Assembly: GCA_010093815.1 (NCBI GenBank) | Contig: ML996567.1 | Strand: one strand, 5' to 3' | Source of the DNA: Pseudovirgaria hyperparasitica | Lineage: Eukaryota | DNA: 64,000 nucleotides | In this document: piece by piece, positions 23,837 to 36,777 of the stretch | Layout of the letters: each line of letters opens with the position of its first letter | Position numbering within the stretch: the first letter of the stretch is position 1 | Translations under genes and position numbers: made by a program | Notes under the pieces: model-generated | The model's input: the letters and a program-made list of their open reading frames with translations, nothing else | Databases searched by the model: none | Told to the model about the DNA's origin: nothing

Positions 23837-25805
23837 GGCGAGTCGTTTCAAGTATTCAGCAATGGCGATAAAAGGTCTGCTGGTGATGCTGACAACGCCG
23901 AGATTCGATGAAGACGAAGGTCAGAGAGGAGGTTCCAGAAATGCCTGCTCTGAATTTGATTTGTGAAGTTGGTCGCCACGAACAGAGTGAACACAGAAAA
24001 AGCGGGGACTTGGCGCAAAGACGGAGAGTTCGGCTGCGCTAGTATGACGTAGAAAGTTTTTGATATACACTCTAGCTGGATGCGGTAATCTAAGAAGTTG
24101 AGTTTCTGGCGTAAGAAAACTCGTAACTTCACGCATTGGAAGCCATTCCAACCTCATATTTCCTAACAGATCAACGTTGAAGGCTAAAGGACTTGGGTTC
24201 AATGAGTATATACGTCGCACTGTGTAGATGACCACGCTGTGTGCCTAGCCCGCTTATTTCTGTATTTCTGTAACCTACGTCGACACCGCCGTTAAATGCC
24301 CACAAACCTATCAATTACTCTAGGATGACTTCGTAGTCAGCTGATGGAGCTACCAAGACGTCCCATTGCGCTTAGGTATACCATCCGGACCAAAGCACAA
24401 TCCCGAGGCATTCTCCCTGGTATATCTGCAGTGAACGTACCGAGCAGAAACTTAAACACTCGTACATCATACTGAAATCCAATACAAAGCATATCAAATT
24501 AAAAGGGGTACGAACGTGGGCCCGAACAACACCTCAGCGTGGTTCATATGACAATCGCAAGGCGCACCGCTCGGACCAGCACTCGGATCCCAGACACATC
24601 ATCGCAGGAGCGGGGAAGTACACCAAAGCAAGCATCGATCTCAGTGAGAGCCGTGAAAATAATTCCGATGCCCCAGTCAATGTGACGAAGAGCTGCTGAG
24701 AGACACGGTGAGACCAGGCCCTTTGAGAGAGCAATGAATGTGATGCGGGTGAATGTCGATAGTTAGACAGAGCGGTCGCAGGAGCCGCATTTGGGACTGA
24801 TGTACAGGGTTAGTGTCTCTCATTAGCTCCTTCTGTGGGAGAGTTGCTTTGTACTTGCTCGCATTCGTGATATCGAGCGTCGTTGCGACCTCTAGGACCA
24901 AATCGTTCATAAGGCTTGAAGGAGCGTGTTCTCCTAATCGACACGGGAAGAGCGCCTTGCCCCTACAGAACAGTCTCCTGGCAAGGTTCAATGCCACATT
25001 TGCCCAGAGTCTGTCTCTGGTGGCTGGTGTATTGGGTGTAGTGAGATATATCCCTGGTTTTCATATTTTGAACGGGGTTCTCATGAAAAGAAATCAGTAC
25101 GATGTTCACCACCCACTGGGGTAAGTTTTTGCATTTATATCAAGGTTTTTTATAATAGGCCCGTTGCTAGTCTGGGTATCTTTGTATTCAGTCTTGTTGT
25201 TCGCTTGTCAAGGCTACCGCGATCATATTATCTTAGATATCTTTGATCAGGGGCAATGCTGTCAATTCGTCTACACCGCGGTTATCTGATCGCAGATTAA
25301 CTCAACCAAGTCAAATTCCTGTCTTCAAAGTATTAGTCCTTGTGGACGTGGTGCTATGATTACCACAATAATAGTGACTGTATCGAAATTTGAATGAGAT
25401 ACTGTATTGATCGATGTACGACCCCGGGCATGGCATAAACTTCTCCTGGTGGGACTTGTTGAAGCCGAGCAAATACGCGAGAAATAGACCCGGAATAATA
25501 ATATACCCAGTAAAATACTTTCCTTCAGGCATGGACACGTGATTGAGCTGTATCGATCCGAGAATGTGGTGTCGTGTGACGAATACCTAGATAGATCAGG
25601 GAGAAAAAGTCTATCAGTGGGCAACCCTCTTCGCATGATTTGCGCGAGCTGCACAATACGTTACGATTGCTGGAGGAGAGACATGTAGAGCTAATTGACA
25701 GCCGTGATATCCACAATCTCATAGGCTATTGATTAATCGTAGAGATGGGCCCTCTTGACTGATATCTGTATCGTGTTTGATTCACGAAACGTCCATGGTT
25801 GTTCA

Positions 25806-27861
25806 CTATTGAGGCGCGAGGGGGTCATATTCGTCCAGAGCTGCTTTGACTGCCTCCATCATGGCTAGAACTTTCTCCTCTTGGAGTCTTTGGCCCATTA
25901 CCTGTATGCCGACGGGCGAACCAGCAGAGGTGTTGTTTTGATCTGTTGAGTCTGTTAGCTGCATCTCGGTGTTGCGCGATGGCACCTACACAGCTCATAA
26001 TTTATTTCATCCTTAGGGGATCGAAAAGGCCGGGGGGGATCATCCATGAACATACGATCGAGTTCTGGGTCTGCAAAAGTCACAGGCACAGTGCCGGTTG
26101 TAAAGTCGAGCATACTTGGAACGGCAGAATATGCTATCACCTACAAGTCAGTTGGTAGAGGACTAAGTCTTGGACTTCTCACCAAAATATGTGAAGGATT
26201 GCTCTGGTGCAGCTGCATGCGCTGCCGTTGGCAAAATCACTCCGTCGACAGGCCTCCGCGACGCAGTGAGATTCTGAGTAGACTTCCAGTACCGGTGGTA
26301 AGCTGTGCGGAAACGCTCCCGCTGTTCGCAAAGCTCCCAGAAGTCTGAGGTTGGCGATGGGTCCGAGGCTGTGTTGAAAAGATCTTCGATCTGTGGTATA
26401 GGTGTTTCCCCACTGGCGTTCACAGCTTCGCGTATAGCATGTCCAGCTGTAGACCCTAGAATTCGGAACTAGGAATGGGTAAGGATTGTTACATAGTAAC
26501 TAGACGACTGGACGCTTTGAGAGACGACCTCGTCTCAAGAGACTTACAAAGATGTCTGCAGCCTCTGAATGAGGTGGAGGATTCCAAGTGATTACCTGCA
26601 CGTGTGAACTCAATGAAACTTCAGTAGGCTGTTCCAACTCACCTCATAGCCTCGTTGCTTCAAAGCTCCAATCAAGGTTACTAGAGCTCTACGAACCGAA
26701 GGATGCGGCCACACAGCTTCATCACCCATCATGACTGCGAATACAAGACTTCCATTGCTCTGACCTTCTTGGCATATCCTACTGCGTGTGTTTGTCCACC
26801 TTTCTTCGTTCCAAGGCATATCGATGACTTCGTAGTCATCTTGCCAAGTCTTCGCATTGATGAACCATTTTGTCATCATTGTCAGCGATGGTAAATCTCC
26901 ACACATAGGTCCAATCACAGTCCCACCAGTTGGAAGGCCTGGAAGAGTGGTAGCTAGTCCACTTGCTGACATCCGGCCGTAGGAAGGGCGCAGACCAAAT
27001 AGGTTGTTGAACGAAGATGGAATGCGTATGGATCCTGCAATATCCGTCCCCCAGCCGATAGGAGACCCTCCCATGGCGATCAAAGCTCCCTCGCCACCAC
27101 AAGCACCTCCTGCGGACAAATTCCTGTTGAACGGGTTTATTGTGGAGCCAATAATGTTGTTAGTGGTTTCGCCTATCAGCATGCTCATTGGAATATTCGT
27201 CTTGGCGTATAGTATCGCACCAGCATGTCGTAAGCGATGGACCAGGACGCCTTCGTCATTTTCAGTCTTGTGATCACCAAGCCAACTGACATAGCCACAG
27301 CAGCTCTCGAGGCCTCGAATATGAAAACGGTCTTTGAGGCTTACTGGTAGACCATGCAGAGGACCTGCAGGTCTTCCCGACTCTCTGATATACGCATCTA
27401 GATCCTCGGCCTGCTGGCGAGCTTCATCAAAACGGATCTCCACTAGACATTTGGTCTTCGTAGACGTTAGGGTCGTCGGCATAAACCATCGAATGAATCT
27501 GAGTGGAGAACGAGAGACATTGAACGGTGGAAATTGTAAACTGGCAGCTCAACTTTCAATTACTCACCAATTGATGTGCAAGTGCAGCCCGATGGCAAAA
27601 TGCGGCCGTTACCTCTACCGAAGACCAATTTAAGCTATGCACATTTTCGAGTATCTTGCGTGGCGTTGCATTCGTAATTTGTAGTTCATGTGGAGTGAGG
27701 AATTGAGTGATATGCTCGATGACATTCGGAAGTGTGGATGGTGAAGGCCGGTCTGCCTCAGATAGTCTCCACGACGCCGGAATCTTGTCTACGACTGATT
27801 GCCGTTTGGCTTGAGCAATGCGTTGCCAATCCGGTTTTGGAGGTTCGCCTTGCATCGCCAT
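25806..27861 (-). CDS. Amidase-signature family protein (AmdS/Amd2-like), multi-intron
   Basis: WSSVEVTAAFCHRAALAHQL, GPLHGLPVSLKD, AKTNIP, GGACGGEGAL..GTDIAGSIRIPS, and C-terminal PVGIQVMGQRLQEEKVL. Confidence 0.92.
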
Positions 27862-28378
27862 AACTAAGCAAGATTTTCATGTAGCGACTATAGCCGCTCT
27901 GTGTCAGATGCGTGTACAATGTGTGATGTAAAAGACACCCATTGATGCACAATGTGACCGGAGGTAAGAACGGTTGCGCTACACTGTTGCACAACTTACT
28001 AGTCGCGTGTTGATAGGTCGCTCGATCATATAGCTTCGTGATTTAGTTGCACAAGGCCAGCCGTTGAGATGATGTGATATATGTACCTTCTGTGAGATAT
28101 CCTTGCTGCAAGAAATTGAACCCTAGTTTACATCAAAATTTAGAAAATATGCTGGATCAATCTCGGTTGGAATTCTGTTCCACTATGAATCTATAACATT
28201 TCTATTAGCTTGTCTTGGCATCCGCCACTGAACCTTACCTCTCAGAGACTAGTACCTTTTTGTCTCGTCAGGTCCGGGAGAAGAATGATTTGACGACCAT
28301 CGACAACTACAGAAGCTCTAAAATGTTTCCGCATCGCACATATATTTGTATGCCGATCGTCTGATTGCGACATATATC

Positions 28379-29164
28379 ATGTTCTTGAAACCGCCGCCAG
28401 CTAAACTCTCAGCTCCTGCTCCAGCGCCGCATGCGCAAGCTACCTCTGCTAATGACCACCACGACGAATACAGTGACCCTATACGCGTCAAGAAGGCATG
28501 CAACCGCTGTCGAATAAGAAAAGTAAAATGCGATGGGAAATATCCGTGTGGTAGGTGTCGGCATGATGATGTGCCTTGTCTCCTTGGCCGTAAAGATCGA
28601 GGCGACGTGAAAGAGCTATCTCGCGGATATATTCGAACGCTTGAGACGCAGCAGACATATCTTCTAGATGCCCTGAAAGCTCTCAGTCAGCGCGGACCCA
28701 ATGATCATGGGCTGAAAAATATCATTGCAAGGCTAGAGGCGAGCGGGCTTGATGTAAGCGCAATAAGAAACGCTCAAAAAGAGCATCAGGAGACTCCGCA
28801 ACGGTCAAAAGTTGAAGACAGAGCTTCACCTGTTCAGCAGCAAAGCTCGGTTTCTTCATTAAATCACGATAATCCTGTCTTATCCCGGGTGATAAATTTG
28901 CCTTCCATTCTGGAACCCGCTGAACCCGCCGCTGTACAAAATGGAAATACTACCGCAAACTTGCTTGAATCTTCTAACCATGTCAATGTGGATACTGAAG
29001 TTGACATGGTATGGGCTGACTTGTCTATGTCCAACGATGTTACAATGCCAGCCCTTGATGATCCAACATTTGCAGAGCAGTGGTGGGAAAATTGGATCAA
29101 TGTTTCAAATGCAATGGATATGGCTCCGCAGCCCACCGACCTCCAGAACTTACAGCAGGAGTGA
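28379..29164 (+). CDS. Short Zn(II)2Cys6 transcription factor, Fcr1-like
   Basis: RVKKACNRCRIRKVKCDGKYPCGRCRHDDVPC followed by GYIRTLETQQ..L coiled coil; first ATG at 28379; divergent from the amidase. Confidence 0.88.
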   Translation: MFLKPPPAKLSAPAPAPHAQATSANDHHDEYSDPIRVKKACNRCRIRKVKCDGKYPCGRCRHDDVPCLLGRKDRGDVKELSRGYIRTLETQQTYLLDALKALSQRGPNDHGLKNIIARLEASGLDVSAIRNAQKEHQETPQRSKVEDRASPVQQQSSVSSLNHDNPVLSRVINLPSILEPAEPAAVQNGNTTANLLESSNHVNVDTEVDMVWADLSMSNDVTMPALDDPTFAEQWWENWINVSNAMDMAPQPTDLQNLQQE

Positions 29165-29362
29165 TCTCCAAGAACCCGGGATATGAAAAATCTGGACAAC
29201 CACTTTCCGAGTATTCATCAGTGCGGCCATCGAAGCTCATTAGCGGACCCTTCAGTGCGCGTACTATCACATGAAATACTATATTGCATACTATTGAATG
29301 GGATAAGATACCTCATAGTACCTCCGATGGCAATTGGCAAGCCATCTAGTTCCGAACTGGCC

Positions 29363-30511
29363 TCAAGCCTTCGCGATATTTACAGATGATTCGACTACAG
29401 GTGTTATTTCCTCGTGTGTGGAAATATTCGCCGTCACAACAGTTGCTGGTGTCTTCGTACTCGAAGGCGCCAAACCGTACTTCCTCATCCCGTTGAGCTC
29501 AGTGGCTATGACTCCTTTGACTTTGTCTATCACTGAGACGGGAACATCCTCCTCTCTCCAGTACCTGGACTGCCGGCAGGTGAGCATGTTGTCATCATAC
29601 AAAAGTTTGTAGCTAACCTGTTCTAGTCCTTGCCAGATCATGGCTTCAGTCCCAAGTATGACTTGCCATCCCTCTTTATCTGCAATGCCTGCAATTTCAG
29701 TCCAAGGCTTTGGATGGTAGCACATCTCTAAGATGGCACCCTTATGTTCTTTCTCCAGCATCAGCTCAATAACCTTCCGCGCTGTTTTCTCCTCCCGCGT
29801 CTTTGGCGGAAAGTCTGGCACACATGAGACGATAGCGCCTGGGCCTTTCAGAGTATGGGCCCGTTCGACTGTGTCGACATGCACTAAATTCTCACCATAG
29901 CCTCGCTCAGTGCACCACTGTATAACAGCATCAACTTCGCTCTTATCCCTGTTGACGATGTATATGTCGGTCGTTTGCATAAATTTTCGTAGTGCATAGA
30001 CAGCACTTCTAGCCGCTCCTCCGCCCCCAACGACCAGGCCGGGACGATTGTGAAAAGTATCATCCGGCGAAGAAACATTCTCGTAAAACGCAAGCTTAAT
30101 GCCAACGACATCGGTGTTCGTGCCAAGATAGATACGTTTGCCATTTCGTTCGCGAACGAACAGTGTATTACACGCGCCTACATCGCGAGCTTCAGGTGTA
30201 AGCTCGTCAAGGTGTGGAAGGATTGCTAATTTATGGGGCATTGTGACCGAAGCTCCTGCAATTTGTTAGGCTATTGCATACAAGGACGAGATGAGTCCTT
30301 CCAGACCAAAAAAAAGGGGTTCTCTTGTTAGCTTCAGGAATTGCTGCATATCCAGCGACTCCAAATACTTCTGTGACCATTTCAAATCCAGTGCATCGAA
30401 TATCGTGCGATGGAATATTGGTGATAGAGAGTGGGAGATGGGATGTCCAAACAAATAACCTACACGATCAAGCCCCGCTATATCATTGATATCAAATAGA
30501 GATGAGGCCAT
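29363..30511 (-). CDS. qutB: Quinate/shikimate 5-dehydrogenase (QutB/QA-3-like); 3 exons
   Basis: [23 protein letters not shown] (catalytic Lys), [30 protein letters not shown]. Confidence 0.92.
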
Positions 30512-30922
30512 ACTGGAGGTTGAGAGATGCAATTTTGGCTTGATAGGACATTGACAAGTGAAGGACGACCAGCCACTATAGGATCTCCAACTTTCGAGAC
30601 CCCGATACGCGACGGTTGCCACAGCTTTCTACGGAAAGACCCCGTTTGTATCCGACTCTTGATCAGTCTGCGGATAAAGCCGTCAACATTCGGAAAACAA
30701 AACAAGCATCTAATCCAGCGCGAATTCAGCCAAACATAAGGTTCATTTGGCCAGTCTCTCCACAACACTTGAGGCGCCGCAGATGAGTAGAATCAGAAAT
30801 CATGGATGTTCTGATTGGGCATTCCGATGTCGGCAGATACGTCGGTATTTTCTCGCGTCGGTAGATCCACGGCAGGGCAAAAGCAGCCAGTCACATCAGG
30901 GCTAAAGCCAACGTCATGCCAG

Positions 30923-31012
30923 CCCCAGACTCCAGCTTTTGGCATGCGAGCAAGTGGCCGAAGCTTCTGGCTTGCGGAGAAGAAGCCTAATGTGCGGGGA
31001 GAACACCTGGGG
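30923..31012. promoter_or_regulatory. Cluster of five CreA/Mig1 consensus sites (SYGGRG) in the qutB-qutD divergent promoter
   Basis: CCCCAG 30923 and CTCCAG 30930 (minus strand); GCGGAG 30974, GCGGGG 30994, CTGGGG 31007. Confidence 0.6.
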
Positions 31013-31338
31013 TTACAAGCCATCTAATACGTCTGCGGCACGTTCCCCGTCTATAAGCTGGACTTTCCGCCGTCTACACAGTGAATAGACTGCCTCTGTG
31101 ATGCCGACACGATGTCCATGGGTGTTCTGGGCCTGTCTCCACACATGACATACGCTACACGGAAGCTCTCTGACTACCCTTGACCACGAGTTTACGGCCC
31201 TGGTGCCGTTGTGGGGTAATTAGACCAGGCGATTGGCCTTGCAAAGTCTTTATAAAGAAATGGGCGCAACGAATTGTCTGTCTGACAGGTTCCCCGACTT
31301 TACCATCGCCATCAATATTGTCTCCCTACCTCGTCATC

Positions 31339-33087
31339 ATGGGTCTTCTAACACTGGTCGAAGACAGGCCTACACCCAAAAATGTCTACAACTGGCGTGT
31401 ATACACAGCCGCAACAGTCGCCAGTTTCGCATCTTGTATGATAGGATACGACTCCGCTTTCATTGGTACCACTCTGGCATTACAGAGCTTTGTCGATGAG
31501 TTTGGGTTCGCAGAGATGTCCGCATCTCATCTCGCTCTCGTCAAAGCCAACATCGTCTCTGTCTACCAAGCCGGTGCTTTCTTCGGCTCTCTCTTCGCAT
31601 ATGTTATGAGTTATTTTCTCGGCCGCCGAAAGACTCTCTTCGCCTTCGTTATGGTATTCATAGTTGGAGCAGGTATGATGCTTGGTGCCAACGGACAAAG
31701 AGGGCTAGGACTCATAATCGGCGGCCGCGTGTTGGCTGGCATAGGGGTTGGCGGTGCCTCAAACATGGTGCCCATCTACATTTCCGAGCTCGCACCTCCG
31801 GCGGTTCGTGGACGTCTTGTTGGTATATACGAGATGGGATGGCAGATTGGTGGTCTTGTGGGATTCTGGATCAATTATGGGATCGCAGAGACACTTGCCC
31901 CGAGCCACAGCCAATGGATTATCCCGTTCGCAGTTCAACTCATTCCGGCTGGCTTGTTACTCGTTGGTGCACTTTGGCTTCGTGAATCTCCGCGCTGGTC
32001 ATTCTCTATGGGACGTCGCGAGGAAGCCATCAAGAATCTGTGTTGGATCCGCAACCTACCGGCTGATCACATCTATATCATAGAGGAGATTTCCTACATC
32101 GATGCTGACCTTGAGCGCTTCCGTACCGAAGTGGGTGCTGGATTCTGGAAGCCTTTTGCTGCATGCAAGCAGCCGAAGGTTTTGTGGCGGTTCTTTCTTG
32201 GTGGTATGCTCTTCTTGCTGCAAAATGGATCAGGCATAAACGCGATCAACTATTATTGTGAGTCAACGATAGTCAATTTACTCCGAATTATCTCTGATAT
32301 CATTAGCTCCCACGGTGTTCAAATCGATCGGGATTCAGGGAACAAACACGTCCTTTCTCACGACCGGAATCTTCGGCGTCGTGAAAACCGTGATAACCTT
32401 CATATGGCTTCTCTTCCTCATCGACCACCTCGGCCGCCGTCGCCTCCTAATGATCGGCGCAACCGGTGGCTCGCTTTGCATGTGGTTCATTGGCGCCTAC
32501 ATCAAGCTTGCAAACGTATCGGCAAATACTAAGAACACGCAACTGTCATCTGGCGGGATCGCAGCTATGTTCTTCTTCTACCTATGGACTGCATTTTACA
32601 CTCCAAGCTGGAATGGTGTGCCATGGGTCATCAATTCGGAAATGTTTGACCAAAACACTCGGTACGCAGCATTCAAACCCCTTGTTCTCTTAACTTCCCT
32701 CTCATCTCGTACTAATGTAAGAATAGATCTCTCGGCCAAGCCTCCGCCGCCGCCAACAATTGGTTCTGGAACTTCATCATCAGTCGTTTCACGCCGCAGA
32801 TGTTTCTCAAGATGGAGTACGGGGTGTACTTTTTCTTTGCCTCGCTCATGATACTGTCTGTGCCGTTTGTCTTCTTCCTTATTCCGGAGACTAAGAGTGT
32901 GCCGCTTGAGTACATGGATAGATTATTTGAGATCAGGCCCGTCAGAAAAGCCAATAAGATCGTGATTAGCGAATTGGGTGAGTTGGAGGCTGAATTTAGA
33001 CATGATGTAGCATTGGTTAAAGGCGAGAAGGCCGTTGAGGAGAGGTTTGAAACGGCGGAGCAGGGGCAGGAAACCAGGAGAAGTTGA
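31339..33087 (+). CDS. qutD: Quinate permease (QutD/QA-Y; MFS sugar-porter family); exons 31339-32257, 32307-32661, 32727-33087
   Basis: MGLLTLVEDRPTPKNVYNWRVY..MIGYDSAFIGTT, PIYISELAPPAVRGRLVG, QNGSGINAINYYSP, SWNGVPWVINSEMFD, PETK. Confidence 0.95.
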
Positions 33088-34270
33088 TACTTGGCCTGCC
33101 GATGAAGAATCACATTGCAAAATTCTATCGCGCATTTGTACAAAGATGGATCTTTTGTGTTGCATTGCCTGTGATTACACTTTCCTTCTTTACACTATGC
33201 GTATGAAATTAATGCGGAGATCGATGAAGACTTCCCTCTGCGTATGGACTTGGAAAACTGACAAAGCACAACTGATAAAGATCTTGTGCCGAATCGATGA
33301 TTGTCCCAGACTATTAACGTATTTTCTCAACATGAAGCTCAAATAGAAGCAAACAAAAGATCAAAGTTTGGATAGAGAGCATGGCGTAAACCACAATAAG
33401 AGAGATAGCTAGGAGTTCTAGGGGGGGATGGTTGTTTTACCACTGAACATACGACTATATGGATTCTATTTATTTCGTGAATTCGTAGATAATATAGAAA
33501 TGGCTTACTGGGTCAATAACTTCACTAGCTTCTGAGGATACCAGACCGTAGAAGTCCATATTTCAAAATGCTGCTCTCAACTGTATACACGCAATCTCTC
33601 TCATATACCGCCCATCAAGCGGCTTCAGTAGAGCCATTCGTGTTCGAGTTTTGCGTCACGCTAATCACTCACTGTACTACATTAGGAAATTTGTAGACAG
33701 GGGCCTTCGGCTGAGAGACTCACAATAAGAGTATGATATTAGTACATCACCGTCAATGACGTCCGCGTCCAAACATTGTCACATCCGTCAATGCCATTAT
33801 CGCTCAAGAAGTAAGGCTCATCCATACTGTTTAGTTCTCTGGCTACGCTCTCACTGAGTACTGCAGATCAGGTGCATTCGGCACCATGTGATAGCATCGA
33901 CCACTCTCAAACTACATGACACTCTCCTCGTGTGTAGCTGCTTCTGTGGTAAAATCGACTTGACGGCCCTTACGTCACTGCCAACGTCGGCGCATCATCA
34001 ACGTGGCAGGGATCTCTTCATTCCGTGTCATTCTAAATGTTGAAGTATGCATACAGCTTGACTTTCAATTTTACAAAAAAGAACCAAGCGACAAGGCCAA
34101 ATGTGTATAGAAATGATATCTTGTGGGCAGACATCCATGACTAAGCAAACCTCATGAATCTATTCCCGGTTAAACGCCGATACCGATCGAACCTCGGCCA
34201 GTGAATCCCTCGACTTCGAAGTCGACAGCATGTAGACTCTGCCTGGTAATCATTCTCCTTCACAGCCAAA

Positions 34271-34818
34271 ATGCCAGAAACAAGTCTAGGCCTCGACTTG
34301 GCTTCCAAAAAGCAACGTACACGAGGCGATTACCCTTATCGTCTAGACTACCGAACGAGATGGTACACAAACGGTCGCAGATCTCGTGATAACAATTTAG
34401 ATTAACTAATGATAGGGCCGATAATGACATGTTTCATCATCTGAACAATCCAATCTATGGTGTTTTGATCGACTCAATTATCAATGAATATCTCATCACA
34501 AAAATTGGATACAACACAACCACATACCCACGCACGGCTCTTGTCGCGAACACATACTGCGACTATTTCGGACAGATGCAGTACCCCGGAATGCTGGATC
34601 TAGGTCTGCGGGTTGTGAAGCTAGGCAAGAATAGCGTCATGTATGAAGTTGGATTTTTTGTTGAGGGCGACGAGAAAGTGAGGGCCGTGGGGGGGTTTGT
34701 GCAGATTTGGGTCATGAGGGAAAGTGGCAAGGCGCCGCCAGAGGGACTGGAGCCGCATGTAAGGAAATCTCTGGAGTCGTTGATGCAATCTGGTTTGAAA
34801 GAGAAATCGAAGCTGTGA
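34271..34818 (+). CDS. Hotdog-fold acyl-CoA thioesterase (4HBT-like); intron 34363-34415
   Basis: DYPYRLDYRTRW|ADNDMFHHLNN..DSIINEYL..LGLRVVKLGKNSVMYEVG. Confidence 0.88.
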
Positions 34819-36777
34819 GCTGGAGTATAGATACCCCATGATCGTGAGATCTTCACCGTTGTGTCTTGCTAGACTCCGCACCAACCTGAACGGATCAAGA
34901 ATAAAATGTCCGTGTAATTTGAAGCTATGCTCGTGTAAGTCCATGGCCGTCTGAAGTGTTTGCTACAGCTCACGCATAGCTTCGGGTAGGATCGTGTTAT
35001 ACACGGAGCCCCTTTACCAACAAAAAAGCGAATAACGAGTGACTCAACGTTTCGCAGGTCAGACATAAATCCAAACTATCAATAGTCGGACCTTCGACTT
35101 TGCACTTAAGCCTCGTGCCCTGAAGCTGATACTCACTCTCAGATTTGGCTTGGTTCCATTTGAGCCCATTTGCTTCCAGTTTTTTAGATCGATCTTGTAA
35201 CAGCAGTAAATGGACTTAGAGAAGGTCTCCCAGGAGCTAGCTCCTTGTTTATAAGTAACCCCTGATTGGTCTGGTGGGTGGAACCTTTTGATTCCTCTAT
35301 AGCAGCGGCATGCATCGCGTGAGTAACCGCAGGAACATAACCCCCGGAAACTCCAAGGTAGACCAAATGGCAATCGAAGTCTATGCGTCAATGGCCACGA
35401 GCTTATGTATCCAAGATCCCATTCTACACCACGTACGTCCACCTAGGCAGAATCAAGAGTAATAACAAAGTCGATTATGACCGCCTTGTTCTTCAATATA
35501 GTTCAAGATCGCTCGTATATCACCCTTCATCGATATCTGGCTTTGTGAGGGATCATAAGGACCTCAGCTTCTTCAGAGTAAAGCACCGTCGCGCTCAACC
35601 TTGCTCTACATTGCGTGTACTCAGGATATAGCTTCAGCAGCCTCGTGAGTTCTGGGATGACGAAGAGGAAGGTTGAAGCTTGGCTATACAGAACATCCCT
35701 GTCTGTCAGGCATAAAGAACATGTACAACATATGGAAAGTATAGTTCAGTCGAAGACCTCGCTAAAACATATGGAAGCTACGGTTATATAGAAACCACAC
35801 AGTGCACCGCACTGCAAAAGTACATTTGTGCAGGCTTTAGCACCTGGAGATTAAAATCCATAGCCCTGTGAGTGGTAAGAGGAAGCAAAGCCTATATGTA
35901 TTAGTGTGAATCATGAGACCTATATAGTATAACAGTGATCACTAGTATTGCTGGTAACCTCCAGTACGCCAGTACGGAGCCTAGAAAGAAGATGCATTCG
36001 CTCTAGATCTAAGATCGGACTTTGCAGTAAATAAGCTCTTCATTTCGTTCTCATGACTCACCCACTTATGCACTCTTCAACTACTCCCTCTCACCCAAGA
36101 ACAGTCAAACCAGACCTCGGTTGTCCGAAGTTCCTACCATCGATGCCGCGTCGCAGCACATTCTGAAAACAGTACCATCGCCGTGAATGCCAACATGGTG
36201 GTGGTCCAGATAGAGTTGAACGAGATTGAGCCTCGGCAGGCGCTGCATCGATCAGTCTTGGTCAAGGGTCTCGATCGCTGACTAGGAGTGTCATGTACGA
36301 AGTGTCCCGGGGACTAGGGTCGGAGCAATCCATGCGGGGACATGCGGCTGCGTTGAAGCCTCCGACGGACACTATTACTCCCAAATCTGGAGAAAAAGAG
36401 AGCTCTAAGGGTATTAATGGAGTTGACATCTCTGATAGCATTGATTGGTTTAGGCGGATGATGGGATGATGTGGCGTGCTTATATGTGGAGCTGGAAGTG
36501 GAGTCGAAAGGAAATGAGGACAGAAGAACGCACGCGAGCAGTGGAAAAAATCATTGAGCGTGAAGATATCTCTTCAACATGATCGTCATTATACGTATAG
36601 TGCGTGCAGTACGCCAAGATCTACCGTTGATGCCTGAAACTGTACAAATGCGTATCGCAGGACATGGAACATGTTCGCAAACGCTGCATGAAGCGCACAA
36701 TTAGTGACGCTATGCCCCTCCTATTGACACTTTCCTCTCCTTGATTAACATCATGTGCTCATTTCCCCGTTAGCTCC

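Noticed and set aside
24500..25750. Short ORFs between SSU1 and the amidase
   Set aside because: No motif or consistent exon chain.
26518..26540. Hairpin GAGACGA-CC-TCGTCTC next to an amidase intron donor
   Set aside because: Short stem, plausible by chance.
30512..31338. QA-1F-type activator site (GGRTAA..TTAYCC)
   Set aside because: Only half-site matches (GGATAA, GGGTAA) found.
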